A stretch of DNA of 17,707 nt from an uncultured archaeon (GCA_964480435.1 CAYZSS010000018.1:1-17707), one strand, 5' to 3'; numbered from the stretch's first letter, positions 7,463-16,334 are shown. The notes: generated by a model from the letters alone, not told the origin. Made by a program: numbers and translations.

Positions 7463-7485
7463 GTTAATACCAATTTATTCGTTTT

Positions 7486-8358
7486 ATGCTTAAAAAAATA
7501 TACCTTGCACCAATTTCAGAATATACTAACAGACCATTTAGAGAGCTTTGTAAGAAATATGGTGCCGAGTTCACTTTTGCCCCCCTTATCAACACCACCC
7601 TTGTTTTACAAACAAAAGACAAAAATATTGCTAAATATTTAGATTTCAAGAAAGAAAAGAAAGTCGGAATACAACTTTTTGGTGCAAAACCCGAAGAGTT
7701 TCCAAAAGCCATTGAGAGAATAAGCCAATTTGAAAAAATAAACTGGATTGATATTAATGCCGGATGCCCAATGCCAAAGATTACAAGAATTGGAGCAGGA
7801 AGTAAGCTATTAAAAAATCAAGACAAATTAATTGAAATATTAAATTCAATCCAAAAATTTGATGGAATAAAATCAATAAAAATAAGAACATTACATTCTG
7901 AAAAAGAAACATTAGAATTAGTAAAAAAAATCGCACCATTAGTTGATGTTATTATAGTACATGGCAGAACAGAACCACAAAGATATGCGGGAAATGCAAA
8001 TTGGAATATAATTAAAGAAATTAACGAAAACTTTGAAAATTTTATAATTGGAAATGGAGACATAAAAACAGTAAAAGAGGGTAAAGAAAAAATCAAAAAT
8101 AATTTTTGTGACGGCTTTATGATTGGCAGAGAAGGGATGAAAAACCCATGGCTTTTTTCTAATAAAGAGCCAAATCAAAAAAAAATATTTTTTGAATATT
8201 ATAAACTTTATAAAAAATATAAACTAGAAAACCCAAATGATCTAAAACAAAAAGCAATGCAATTTTTTCACAACATAAAAGATGCCAGTAAAACAAGAAC
8301 AAATATCGGAATAATGAAAAAAGAAGAAGAGATAGTAAATTACATTAAAGAAATGTAA
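7486..8358 (+). CDS. dus: tRNA-dihydrouridine synthase
   Basis: 290 aa. LAPISEYTNRPFRELCKKYGA, IDINAGCPMPKITRIGAGSKLL, IIVHGRTEPQRYAGNANW (Dus TIM-barrel motifs including the catalytic Cys). Confidence 0.85.
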   Translation: MLKKIYLAPISEYTNRPFRELCKKYGAEFTFAPLINTTLVLQTKDKNIAKYLDFKKEKKVGIQLFGAKPEEFPKAIERISQFEKINWIDINAGCPMPKITRIGAGSKLLKNQDKLIEILNSIQKFDGIKSIKIRTLHSEKETLELVKKIAPLVDVIIVHGRTEPQRYAGNANWNIIKEINENFENFIIGNGDIKTVKEGKEKIKNNFCDGFMIGREGMKNPWLFSNKEPNQKKIFFEYYKLYKKYKLENPNDLKQKAMQFFHNIKDASKTRTNIGIMKKEEEIVNYIKEM

Positions 8359-8369
8359 ACTCACAAAAA

Positions 8370-8386
8370 TAAGAATATTATTCTTA
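8370..8386. terminator. Hairpin between convergent dus and the alkD-like gene
   Basis: TAAGAAT-ATT-ATTCTTA has a 7-bp stem. It sits in a 45-bp convergent spacer with flanking A/T runs. Confidence 0.35.
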
Positions 8387-8403
8387 ACATCTTAATTATT
8401 TAT

Positions 8404-9111
8404 TTATGATTTTAAATAAAATTGCCTTTCTTTTTCAGGGAATTTTTCAATAGCATATCTTAACATTGTTCTTGGCATCTGTTTATAATATTGGTTTAAA
8501 AACTCAGTTTCTACTTTTTTATTTTTTTTTCCTACTTCTCTCAACATCCAGCCTACTGCCTTATGTATTAAATCATGTTTATCTGTTAAAAGAAGCAAAG
8601 ACATCCTTAATGTATCTTCAAAATTATTGTTTTTTATAAAACAATAAGTAGAAATTATTGCAATTCTTTTTTCCCAAATATTTTTTGATTTTACAAAATC
8701 ATAAAGAATTTTTTTGTCTTTTTCTAAAAAATAATCTCCTGTCAAATAAGGCGCAGAAAGATCCACTAAATCCCAGTTATTTATATATTTTGTATTTTTC
8801 AAATAAAAATCTATTATTTCTTTTTTTTCTTTAGTTGTTTTTATTTTTTTATATTTCTGTACAAGAAATAATAATGCCAAAAGCCGGTGTTCATGATACT
8901 TATCTGAAATAAGTTTTGTTAAATCAAAAAAAGAGATTTCCAAATATTTCTTTGCAATTTTTCTTATTTCTGGCACTTGTATTCCTAAAAATAAATCCCC
9001 TTCTCCATATTCCCCTTTTCCTGTTTTAAAAAATTTCATTAACTGTTTTGCTTTTTCAGGATTGGAGATCTTTTTAGTATCTTCAAAAATTTGTTCTAAC
9101 ATAAAAATCAT
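8404..9111 (-). CDS. DNA alkylation repair protein (HEAT-like repeat, AlkC/AlkD-type glycosylase family)
   Basis: 235 aa. GEYGEGDLFLGIQVPEIRKIAKKY, NNWDLVD, WEKRIAIIST and HKAVGWMLREVGK match the DNA_alkylation repeat family from memory. Confidence 0.8.
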   Translation of the reverse strand: MIFMLEQIFEDTKKISNPEKAKQLMKFFKTGKGEYGEGDLFLGIQVPEIRKIAKKYLEISFFDLTKLISDKYHEHRLLALLFLVQKYKKIKTTKEKKEIIDFYLKNTKYINNWDLVDLSAPYLTGDYFLEKDKKILYDFVKSKNIWEKRIAIISTYCFIKNNNFEDTLRMSLLLLTDKHDLIHKAVGWMLREVGKKNKKVETEFLNQYYKQMPRTMLRYAIEKFPEKERQFYLKS

Positions 9112-9139
9112 TAGTTAAATTATCTTCTTACCAAGAAAT

Positions 9140-9159
9140 CTTTTTGCGGAAGCAAAAAG
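9140..9159. terminator. Palindromic hairpin CTTTTTGC-GGAA-GCAAAAAG downstream of the ferredoxin gene
   Basis: Perfect 8-bp stem with a GGAA loop, 22 nt after the ferredoxin stop. It reads as T5 on either strand, and oligo-T is the archaeal termination signal. Confidence 0.5.
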
Positions 9160-9181
9160 TTTCAGGGGCTAAAAATAATCT

Positions 9182-9394
9182 TTAGATTATTTTTTTCCCA
9201 TCTTTAAGTATATGAATTACATTTGCTGGGCAAGATTCTGCTGCCTCTTTGTTGCATTTTAAATCTTTATCATCAAATTCTACTTTTACAGGTTTTGCCT
9301 TAATCCCATCCATAACCCAGTACTTAGGGCAAATTGCTGTACAAGCTCCACAGCCAATACAATTTTTATGATCTTGTTCTATTTTATAAACCAT
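9182..9394 (-). CDS. fdx: Small single-cluster 4Fe-4S (or 3Fe-4S) ferredoxin
   Basis: CIGCGACTAICP plus a distal AAESCP motif. The ORF-track start at 9409 is a TTG. The ATG at 9394 is preceded by GGAGTG at a suitable spacing, giving 70 aa. Confidence 0.8.
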   Translation of the reverse strand: MVYKIEQDHKNCIGCGACTAICPKYWVMDGIKAKPVKVEFDDKDLKCNKEAAESCPANVIHILKDGKKII

Positions 9395-9463
9395 TAATAT
9401 CACTCCCAATCGTTAAAAATACAAAAACCTTAATTATATTACGTTACAAAAGTATATATTATT

Positions 9464-9536
9464 GACCTTATGGTGCAGTTGGATAGCATAAGGGCTTGCG
9501 GAGCCCTCGACCAGGGTTCAAATCCCTGTAAGGCCA
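9464..9536 (+). tRNA. tRNA-Arg (anticodon GCG)
   Basis: Hand-folded. D arm GUGC-AGUUGGAUA-GCAU, anticodon arm AGGGC-UUGCGGA-GCCCU, T arm CAGGG-UUCAAAU-CCCUG. The acceptor GACCUUA/UAAGGCC has an A2:C71 mismatch. TAATTATATT is centred about 28 nt upstream. Confidence 0.85.
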
Positions 9537-9593
9537 CTAGGTTCATTTGTAAATTAACAGACTTAATATAAATCTATAAGCAGTCCATATATT

Positions 9594-10826
9594 ATGTTAA
9601 CACAAAGCCACACAGGAACAAGAGTAAATACCAGTACAAGATTAGCTTTTGTAAGATTTTTTATATCCCTGGCTTTAGCAGCAACAAATACTATTTGGGT
9701 AATTTATCTTTTTGGATTCAGTTTATCTGATTCCACTATTGGTTTTATATCAGCATTTTTCTTAGCAATTTCCCTTATTGCATCAATTTTAATTGTCCCA
9801 GTTATTGAAAAAGTATCATTAAGAAAACTAGTAATTAGCAGTTTACTTGTTGGGTCAGTAGGGTATGCCACAATATTTTTCTACCAAAACTTATATTTTT
9901 TTTTAATAATAAGTTTTATAATTACTATTGCAGCCACCATAAGGGTATCTGCTTTAGATATTTGTTTTAGAGATAACACGACTAATGATACACTTAATAA
10001 ACAAATAGGGCTTCTTTACACAATTTTAAATGTGGCATGGTTAGTTGGTCCTTTGGTTGCAGGATTCTTTTTACTTGAATTTGGTATGCAAACAGTATTC
10101 TTATTTGTTGCTTTGTTTTATGCAATTTCGTTATTTTTATTTTCAGTAATAAAAACTGAAGAAAAAGTAAAAAAAAGAGAAATCCTTGATAAACACATTC
10201 TTTTGAATATAAAGTATTATTTAAAAGAAAAAAAACTAAGAGAGTCTTATGTTATGTCCGCCGGCTTACAAGTTTGGTGGTCTTTAGTTTATATTTATGT
10301 ACCGCTATTCATAATTAATAATGGATTAAATGCTGCAGTAATCAGTATATTTTTTACAATTGCAGTTATTCCACTTATTATATCAGAGTATAAAATTGGA
10401 CAGTTAGCAGATACAAAAGGGTACAAATTTTTCTTTGAACGTGGATTTTTACTTCTTGCTATAACTGCGATAATCTTATTCTTTTTGAACAACATTTATG
10501 TTGAGCTAACAATATTAGCTTTTGCAAGTTTTTTCGCAGCGTGCATTGAACCAATACAAGACTCTTTTTTCTTTAAATATGTAAAAAACCAAGATGAAGA
10601 AAAATATTACCCTCTATTCTCCACAGCTGTAGATATAGGGGGAATTATAGGTAAAGTTTTGCCAGCAATAGGATTATTATTCTTACCCGCAAACTATGTT
10701 TACCTAATCATTGGAGCTCTTATGTTTATATTCTTCTTGTATTCACGAAAAATAAAAGAAGTATTACTCCCTTTTAGACGCATCCCAAGCATTTTAGACT
10801 ATAAAAAAATACCAAAAAGATCCTAA
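9594..10826 (+). CDS. MFS-type membrane transporter
   Basis: 410 aa, with about 10-12 hydrophobic segments in two halves separated by a charged loop (KTEEKVKKREILDKH). The substrate is unknown. Confidence 0.7.
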   Translation: MLTQSHTGTRVNTSTRLAFVRFFISLALAATNTIWVIYLFGFSLSDSTIGFISAFFLAISLIASILIVPVIEKVSLRKLVISSLLVGSVGYATIFFYQNLYFFLIISFIITIAATIRVSALDICFRDNTTNDTLNKQIGLLYTILNVAWLVGPLVAGFFLLEFGMQTVFLFVALFYAISLFLFSVIKTEEKVKKREILDKHILLNIKYYLKEKKLRESYVMSAGLQVWWSLVYIYVPLFIINNGLNAAVISIFFTIAVIPLIISEYKIGQLADTKGYKFFFERGFLLLAITAIILFFLNNIYVELTILAFASFFAACIEPIQDSFFFKYVKNQDEEKYYPLFSTAVDIGGIIGKVLPAIGLLFLPANYVYLIIGALMFIFFLYSRKIKEVLLPFRRIPSILDYKKIPKRS

Positions 10827-10878
10827 GCAAGATAAGGTACACAATACCTTTATTAGCCTTTTATGATATATTATATCT

Positions 10879-13116
10879 ATGCTTGAAAAATATGTGGAAA
10901 GCGATTATTATAACCACCCTCTCCTTAAAGAAAATACCATCAAAATTAGACAATACCAGCTAACACTTGCAGAAAAAGCACTAAATAAAAATTTACTTAT
11001 TGTTCTTCCAACAGGAATGGGAAAAACCATTATTGCTGTATTCATAATCGCCGAAACCTTACTTAAGGAAAATAAAAAGGTTCTTTTCCTGGCCCCCACA
11101 AAACCATTGGTTATCCAGCATTATGAATCTTTAACTAATTTTTTTGTTAATAAAAGCATAGGACTTGTTACCGGCGCAACTTCAAAAAAGAAACGGTTAT
11201 CAATCATAGAAAGCTCAGATGTTGTTTGTGCAACACCTCAAACATTAAAAAATTCCAACAAAGAACTAGAACTGTTTGATTTAATTATATTTGATGAAGC
11301 ACACAAAGCAGCAGGAAACTATGCTTATGTTGATATCGCAAAAAAGACAACCTGTAGGGTATTAGGATTAACTGCATCCCCTGGAAATGATAAACACAAA
11401 ATAAAGAATATTTTAGAAAACTTGCGTTTAGAAGATATCGAACTAAAAAGAAAAACCGATTCAGATATTTCTGCCCACACTAATAATATTACTGTAAACT
11501 GGGTTAAAGTAGAGCTTCCAGAGGAACTAAAGTTAATACAGAGCATATTAAACAGATATAATTCTCAAATAGTGTCCCATATCCAAAGATTGGGATTTGC
11601 ATTAAGATCCAAGAGCACACAAAGCGAAATACTTCTCTTACAAAAAAAGGCTTCAGCAATTGAAAAAAAAGAACAAAAAGACTATCAAGTCCTAATGTAC
11701 CTATCAGCATTAATGAAAATCAGCCACGCTTCATTGCTTTTAGAAACCCAAGGGATTCAACCATTAAAGGAATATTTTACTAGGTTAAAAACAGATGGAA
11801 CAAAATCCGCAGGCATGATCTTAAAAGATGAAAATATACAAAAAGCAATATACCTAACAGAGGGGTATAACCTGGCTGATATAAACCACCCAAAATTGCA
11901 AAAATTGATTGAACTAATTCTACTTGAGCTAAGTAATGACCCAAATCAAAAAATCATTGTTTTTAATCATTATAGAGATTCGGTAAAACATCTCGAAAAA
12001 GTTTTGCAAGGAAACCCTGTTATAAACGTAAAACGTTTTGTTGGTCAGGCAAACAAAGAAGGCGACAAAGGGCTTAACCAAAAAGAGCAAAAGCAAATCA
12101 TAGACGATTTCAAAGAAGGAAAATATAATGTTTTACTTGCAACTTCTGTTGCAGAAGAAGGATTAGATTTACCTGCAGTAGATACAATAATATTTTTTGA
12201 GCCAGTGCCTTCCGAGATAAGGATGATTCAAAGGAAGGGAAGAACTGGGCGTTTCAAAGATGGAAAAATTTACATACTAATAACAAAAGACACCAAAGAT
12301 GAGGTTTTCTATTGGGCTTCCCAGAGAAAAGAGCAAAAAATGGAAAGCACCATTGATAAAATAAACAAAAAAGAAACAATAAGTGACAAAATAAATGAAT
12401 TTGTTAAACCAAAGGAAATTAAGCAAACCACCCTTATTAACACAACAATAAATTCAAAAAAAAAACTTAAACCAACAATAATTGTAGACCACAGAGAGAG
12501 ACACGCAGAAGTCTTAAATTATTTTAATAAAGAAGAAGTAGATATAGAAACAGATACCTTAGACATTGGGGACTATTTGGTTGGGGAAGAAACAATTATT
12601 GAACGAAAGAAGTCCGATGATTTCTTAAATTCCATTATTGATGGCAGATTATTTTCCCAAGCCACAAAGCTCATGGCCTATGAAAAACCTATAATCGTAG
12701 TAGAAGGACCATTAGATTATGAAAGCAGAAATATAAACAAAAATGCTGTTCTGGGGAGCATATTATCCCTAAGCATGGATTTTAAAATACCTATTTTCTT
12801 CATAAGAACCCCAAGAGAAGTTGCAGAATTCATTGTACTTGTTGCAAAAAAAGAACAAACAAAGAAAGAGAATGAACTACATCTTAGAAAGATTAAGAAA
12901 GGGGTTGAGGACCATATTTTACAGAGAAGTATTATGGAAGGGCTTCCTTTTGTAGGTCCAACTCTAGCAAGACGATTATTAGAAAACTATAAAAGCGTAA
13001 AGAAAGTATTTAATGCAAGCGAGGAATCTTTGCAAAAAATAGATAAACTTGGTGAAAAGAAAGCCAAAAAAATTTATAACATTATAAACAAGGAGTATGA
13101 TAAAGATGGGTTGTGA
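10879..13116 (+). CDS. hef: Hef: SF2 helicase fused to an XPF/ERCC4 nuclease and a HhH2 domain
   Basis: 745 aa. Helicase motifs LPTGMGKT, DEAH, GLTASPG and QRKGRTGR. ERCC4 nuclease signature GDYLV...ERKKSDD. C-terminal GLPFVGPTLARRLL...LGEKKAKKIY (HhH2). Confidence 0.92.
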   Translation: MLEKYVESDYYNHPLLKENTIKIRQYQLTLAEKALNKNLLIVLPTGMGKTIIAVFIIAETLLKENKKVLFLAPTKPLVIQHYESLTNFFVNKSIGLVTGATSKKKRLSIIESSDVVCATPQTLKNSNKELELFDLIIFDEAHKAAGNYAYVDIAKKTTCRVLGLTASPGNDKHKIKNILENLRLEDIELKRKTDSDISAHTNNITVNWVKVELPEELKLIQSILNRYNSQIVSHIQRLGFALRSKSTQSEILLLQKKASAIEKKEQKDYQVLMYLSALMKISHASLLLETQGIQPLKEYFTRLKTDGTKSAGMILKDENIQKAIYLTEGYNLADINHPKLQKLIELILLELSNDPNQKIIVFNHYRDSVKHLEKVLQGNPVINVKRFVGQANKEGDKGLNQKEQKQIIDDFKEGKYNVLLATSVAEEGLDLPAVDTIIFFEPVPSEIRMIQRKGRTGRFKDGKIYILITKDTKDEVFYWASQRKEQKMESTIDKINKKETISDKINEFVKPKEIKQTTLINTTINSKKKLKPTIIVDHRERHAEVLNYFNKEEVDIETDTLDIGDYLVGEETIIERKKSDDFLNSIIDGRLFSQATKLMAYEKPIIVVEGPLDYESRNINKNAVLGSILSLSMDFKIPIFFIRTPREVAEFIVLVAKKEQTKKENELHLRKIKKGVEDHILQRSIMEGLPFVGPTLARRLLENYKSVKKVFNASEESLQKIDKLGEKKAKKIYNIINKEYDKDGL

Positions 13117-14137
13117 TCTTGGGGCTTTGCTTATAAAAAATGAAATCAGGCTAAATGACCTTGCAAACAAAAAGCTTGGTTTTGATGGCTACAATATAAT
13201 ATATCAATTTTTATCATCAATAAGAGACCAGCAGGGCAACCCATTACATAACGAGGACGGACAGATAACCAGCCACATAGTTGGACTATTTTACAGAATG
13301 ACAAGCATTTTAGAATATGGCATAAACCCAATATTTGTTTTTGATGGAAAACCCATAATTGAGAAAATTGGCACAATAGAAAAAAGAAATGAAATAAGAA
13401 ATATTGCAAAAGAAAAACACAGAGAAGCGGTAGAATCTGAGGATTATGAAAATGCCAGAAAGTTCGGAAGACAATCCATGCGAATAAACAAAGAAATGGT
13501 CGAAGAGAGCAAAGAACTACTTTCTGCTTTTGGGATACCTTGTATTGATGCCCCACATGATGGAGAAGCACAAATTGCTTTGATGGATAAGAAAGGTTTA
13601 ACAGATGGGAGCATAAGCCAAGACTTTGATGTTATGCTATTTGGAGGGAGAAACCTTTACAGAAATGTAACTATTAGCGGAAAAAAGAAAGTAAATGGAA
13701 AAAGCTACTCTTTACCAATAAGCCCCGAGCAGATTAATCTAGAAGAAAGCTTAAAGGCACTAAATTTTAACCAAGAGAAACTTATTTGGATTGCCATCTT
13801 AATTGGAAATGACTTTAATGATAAGGTTCCCAAGATAGGGCCAAAAACAGCATTAAAGCTTGTAACTAAGCACAATTCATTAGAGGACATCTATAAAGAG
13901 CTGGATTATACTCCAGATTATGATTACAAAAGAATATATTCAATATTTGAAAAGCCAGAATACAAGAAAGTAACAGAAAAAGACATAGAAAACAAGATCC
14001 CTGACTTTGACAAAATTCGGGAACTACTTGTAGAAAAGTATGCTTTCAGTTCAGAGAGAATAGAGAACACTTTAAAGAAACTATATGAAAATAAGAAAGA
14101 GGAAAAAGCCCAGCCTAAGTTAAATAGGTGGTTTTAA
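13106..14137 (+). CDS. fen: Flap endonuclease 1 (FEN-1)
   Basis: MGCDLGALL N-terminus, VFDGKP, the acidic cluster APHDGEAQIA, an H3TH region GIGPKTALKL-like (KIGPKTALKLV), and the C-terminal PIP box QPKLNRWF. An AGGAG Shine-Dalgarno at 13091-13095 favours the ATG at 13106 over the ORF-track start at 13097. The gene overlaps the hef stop by 11 nt. Confidence 0.92.
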   Translation: MGCDLGALLIKNEIRLNDLANKKLGFDGYNIIYQFLSSIRDQQGNPLHNEDGQITSHIVGLFYRMTSILEYGINPIFVFDGKPIIEKIGTIEKRNEIRNIAKEKHREAVESEDYENARKFGRQSMRINKEMVEESKELLSAFGIPCIDAPHDGEAQIALMDKKGLTDGSISQDFDVMLFGGRNLYRNVTISGKKKVNGKSYSLPISPEQINLEESLKALNFNQEKLIWIAILIGNDFNDKVPKIGPKTALKLVTKHNSLEDIYKELDYTPDYDYKRIYSIFEKPEYKKVTEKDIENKIPDFDKIRELLVEKYAFSSERIENTLKKLYENKKEEKAQPKLNRWF

Positions 14138-14138
14138 T

Positions 14139-14579
14139 ATGATTATAGAACTAGATCCCAACCCATCAAATTCAAAAACTAAGGATAATTATTTTATATC
14201 CGTAAAATTAAAAAAAAAAGAATGGCTCTCATTTGATAATACAACTAAAGGGCACAGGATTATGAAACAGGTTCTAAAAGAGATAAAAGAAATGCCAAAG
14301 GGCAAGAAAATTGACGGCAAATGGGAAGTTTTAATTATAAAAAACCGAAAACTTACTGGAAAATACAAGGCTAAATGGATAGATCTAGACAAGTTAGATT
14401 GGGTTAATAATGAAATATGGGAAACTACCAAAGTCAAGAAGATATCAAAAGCAGTATCAGATAAGTTACTTTATTATTCAAGACTTATTTCAGACAATTA
14501 TAAAGAATTGCACAAATATAACAAAGAATTAGTGGAATTAGAAGATATTCTAAAAAAGCAAATTTGCAGATGGGCCTGA
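14139..14579 (+). CDS. Hypothetical 146-aa protein, translationally coupled to fen
   Basis: The ATG lies 1 nt after the fen stop and an AGGTGG Shine-Dalgarno sits 7 nt upstream. The protein is Lys/Trp-rich with a predicted C-terminal helical segment. I recognise no motif. Confidence 0.6.
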   Translation: MIIELDPNPSNSKTKDNYFISVKLKKKEWLSFDNTTKGHRIMKQVLKEIKEMPKGKKIDGKWEVLIIKNRKLTGKYKAKWIDLDKLDWVNNEIWETTKVKKISKAVSDKLLYYSRLISDNYKELHKYNKELVELEDILKKQICRWA

Positions 14580-14600
14580 ATTCAGAATAATTTGATTTAT

Positions 14601-14858
14601 TCAAAGCTTATTTCCATTTAGTTCTACACCATTACGATCTATTACTTTGAATTTTCTATCAAACCTTCTTTGCTTAATCATAGAAATTGTTCCTTCTACT
14701 GTCAAACCAACACCAGCCAAAAGCCAAAACCAATCAGAAGAAATATCTATAACCCCCAAAAGCTTCAACAATGTACCGGCTGTCATAAGCACCCCTACCA
14801 ATATAAACGACTCGTAGCGAATAACATTTTCAAAAGGCAAAACAAGTTTTTCAATCAT
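14601..14858 (-). CDS. Small membrane protein (2 predicted TM helices)
   Basis: 85 aa with an ATG start. Hydrophobic segments FILVGVLMTAGTLLKLLGV and WFWLLAGVGLTVEGTI are followed by a basic tail. Confidence 0.5.
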   Translation of the reverse strand: MIEKLVLPFENVIRYESFILVGVLMTAGTLLKLLGVIDISSDWFWLLAGVGLTVEGTISMIKQRRFDRKFKVIDRNGVELNGNKL

Positions 14859-14960
14859 AATAAAACACCCTTTTTTATGTAAGTTTTGTTGTTTAATAAA
14901 TTACCTATTTAATAATGTTATCAAAATATACAGCCTAATTTTAAGAAATTACATAACAAA

Positions 14961-14996
14961 TAAAAAATAAAAAAAAGAAAGGAAATTAATTCCTTT
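14961..14996 (-). terminator. ftsZ terminator: hairpin overlapping the stop codon, followed by a long T-run
   Basis: On the reverse strand, AAAGGAA-TTAAT-TTCCTTT (7-bp stem, 14996-14978) is followed by CTTTTTTTTATTTTTTA. Confidence 0.6.
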
Positions 14997-16062
14997 AAAG
15001 GTAATCTAATCCGAACTCATCATCTTTAGATTGTGGTTTTGGTCCAGATGATTTTATGTATGGAGAGTGTACCCCAGTGAAGATTGCAATTACTTCAATC
15101 TTGTTTTCAAAAGTTGGGTCTACTCTTGCACCCCAAATTACTGTTGCATTAGGATCTATCTTCTCAGTTAGTTTTTCACCAACTTGAGTTGCTTCACCTA
15201 AAGTTAATTCAGGTCCACCTGTTATGTGGATTAATGCACCACTTGCACCAGACATATCAACATCTAGTAAAGCGTTCTTCAAAGTGTCTTCAACAACTTC
15301 CTTTACTTTATCTACACTCTTACTTTCACCAACAGCAATTACAGACAATCCTTTGTTTCCCATAACAGCTCTTACATCAGCATAATCTAAGTTTACTAAT
15401 GATGGTTGAGTTATTGTTTCTGTTATACCTGAAACAGTTCTTGCAATTACTTCATCAGCTACTTTGAAAGCTTCTTGCATTGGTAAGTTAGGCACCAATT
15501 CAACTAATCTGTTGTTGTCAATTACAACTACAGTGTCACAAACATCCTTTAGTCTGTTTATTCCTTCTTCAGCTTTAATTATTCTTGCTCTTTCCATTCT
15601 AAACGGATAAGTTACAATAGCTACCACAATTGCACCTTGTTGTTTAGCAATTTCAGCAACAACTGGAGCTGCACCTGTTCCTGTTCCACCACCCATACCA
15701 GCAGTTATGAACAACATGTCCACTCCTCTTAATACTTCTTCTAAAGCAGGTCTACTTACTTCAGCAGCTTTTGCACCAACTTCAGGATATCCACCAGCAC
15801 CTAAACCTCTAGTAACGCTTTTTCCAATTAGGATTTTTACTAAATCATCGCTTAACAAAGCTAATTGTTGTTTATCTGTGTTAATAGCTACCAATTGTGC
15901 TCCACCAACACCCATTTCAGCGATTCTACTAATACTATTACATCCAGCTCCACCAGCACCTATTACCATTATCTTTGGTGCTCCAAAGTCTTCACTATCA
16001 TCAGCAGACATAGTTTTTTCTCTCATTCCTGCTCCAACTGAGTTTTTTACCATACTTTTCAT
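14995..16062 (-). CDS. ftsZ: Cell division GTPase FtsZ
   Basis: 355 aa. GAGGAGCNSI, tubulin signature GMGGGTGTGAAPVVAEIAK, NTD(K)Q, and a C-terminal acidic/hydrophobic peptide DDEFGLDYL. Confidence 0.95.
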   Translation of the reverse strand: MKSMVKNSVGAGMREKTMSADDSEDFGAPKIMVIGAGGAGCNSISRIAEMGVGGAQLVAINTDKQQLALLSDDLVKILIGKSVTRGLGAGGYPEVGAKAAEVSRPALEEVLRGVDMLFITAGMGGGTGTGAAPVVAEIAKQQGAIVVAIVTYPFRMERARIIKAEEGINRLKDVCDTVVVIDNNRLVELVPNLPMQEAFKVADEVIARTVSGITETITQPSLVNLDYADVRAVMGNKGLSVIAVGESKSVDKVKEVVEDTLKNALLDVDMSGASGALIHITGGPELTLGEATQVGEKLTEKIDPNATVIWGARVDPTFENKIEVIAIFTGVHSPYIKSSGPKPQSKDDEFGLDYL

Positions 16063-16067
16063 TCTTT

Positions 16068-16074
16068 CCCCTCC
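16068..16074 (-). promoter_or_regulatory. Shine-Dalgarno GGAGGGG for ftsZ
   Basis: The reverse complement of CCCCTCC lies 5 nt upstream of the ATG at 16062. Confidence 0.6.
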
Positions 16075-16151
16075 AATCCCTCTTTTTTCATTTCTGAAAT
16101 AAATATTATTTCTATATTACATACGCTTAAGACATTTATAAAGGTATTTTT

Positions 16152-16223
16152 TTATGTATATGTCATTTATTTTTTTGATTTTATGTATACTTGTTTTTTT
16201 TGTTTTTTGTTTTGTTATGTATA
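16152..16223 (+). repeat. Three direct copies of TTATGTATA (16152-16160, 16181-16189, 16215-16223)
   Basis: The 9-mer occurs exactly three times, spaced 29 and 34 nt apart, in the ftsZ/SRP-RNA divergent spacer. T-rich tracts lie between the copies. Confidence 0.6.
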
Positions 16224-16241
16224 TTGCGAAAGACATCGCAA
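16224..16241. other. Hairpin TTGCGA-AAGACA-TCGCAA abutting the third TTATGTATA copy
   Basis: Perfect 6-bp GC-containing stem in an otherwise AT-rich spacer. Confidence 0.4.
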
Positions 16242-16334
16242 CAAATGGGTTTTTACTGGTAAACTCACAAAGTCACCCAGATTATGCAAACAAATATATT
16301 ATTTGTCATAACTTTATTTATTAGAACTAAGCCA

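Noticed and set aside
13146-13571. 141-aa minus-strand ORF antisense to fen
   Set aside because: It is embedded in the well-supported FEN-1 CDS. It has no motifs and looks like a stop-poor antisense frame by chance.
14550-14579. C-terminus of orf146 (KKQICRWA) as a PCNA-interacting PIP box
   Set aside because: It does not fit Qxx[LIM]xx[FWY][FWY] in register, unlike the clear QPKLNRWF at the FEN-1 C-terminus.
14995-16062. Visibly higher GC in ftsZ as a sign of horizontal transfer
   Set aside because: The Gly/Ala-rich, highly conserved and highly expressed FtsZ sequence explains the higher GC. The flanks show a native-style terminator, a Shine-Dalgarno, and no mobility genes.
15707-16102. 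131-aa plus-strand ORF antisense to ftsZ
   Set aside because: It lies entirely within the strongly supported ftsZ CDS on the other strand. Its translation is low-complexity and Pro/Ala/Ser/Thr-rich, typical of the antisense frame of a Gly/Ala-rich gene. It has no start context.
16152-16223. CRISPR-like array
   Set aside because: There are only three copies of a 9-nt AT-rich motif with unequal 20-25 nt spacers. The repeat is not palindromic and no cas genes are present, so it is far too short for a CRISPR repeat.
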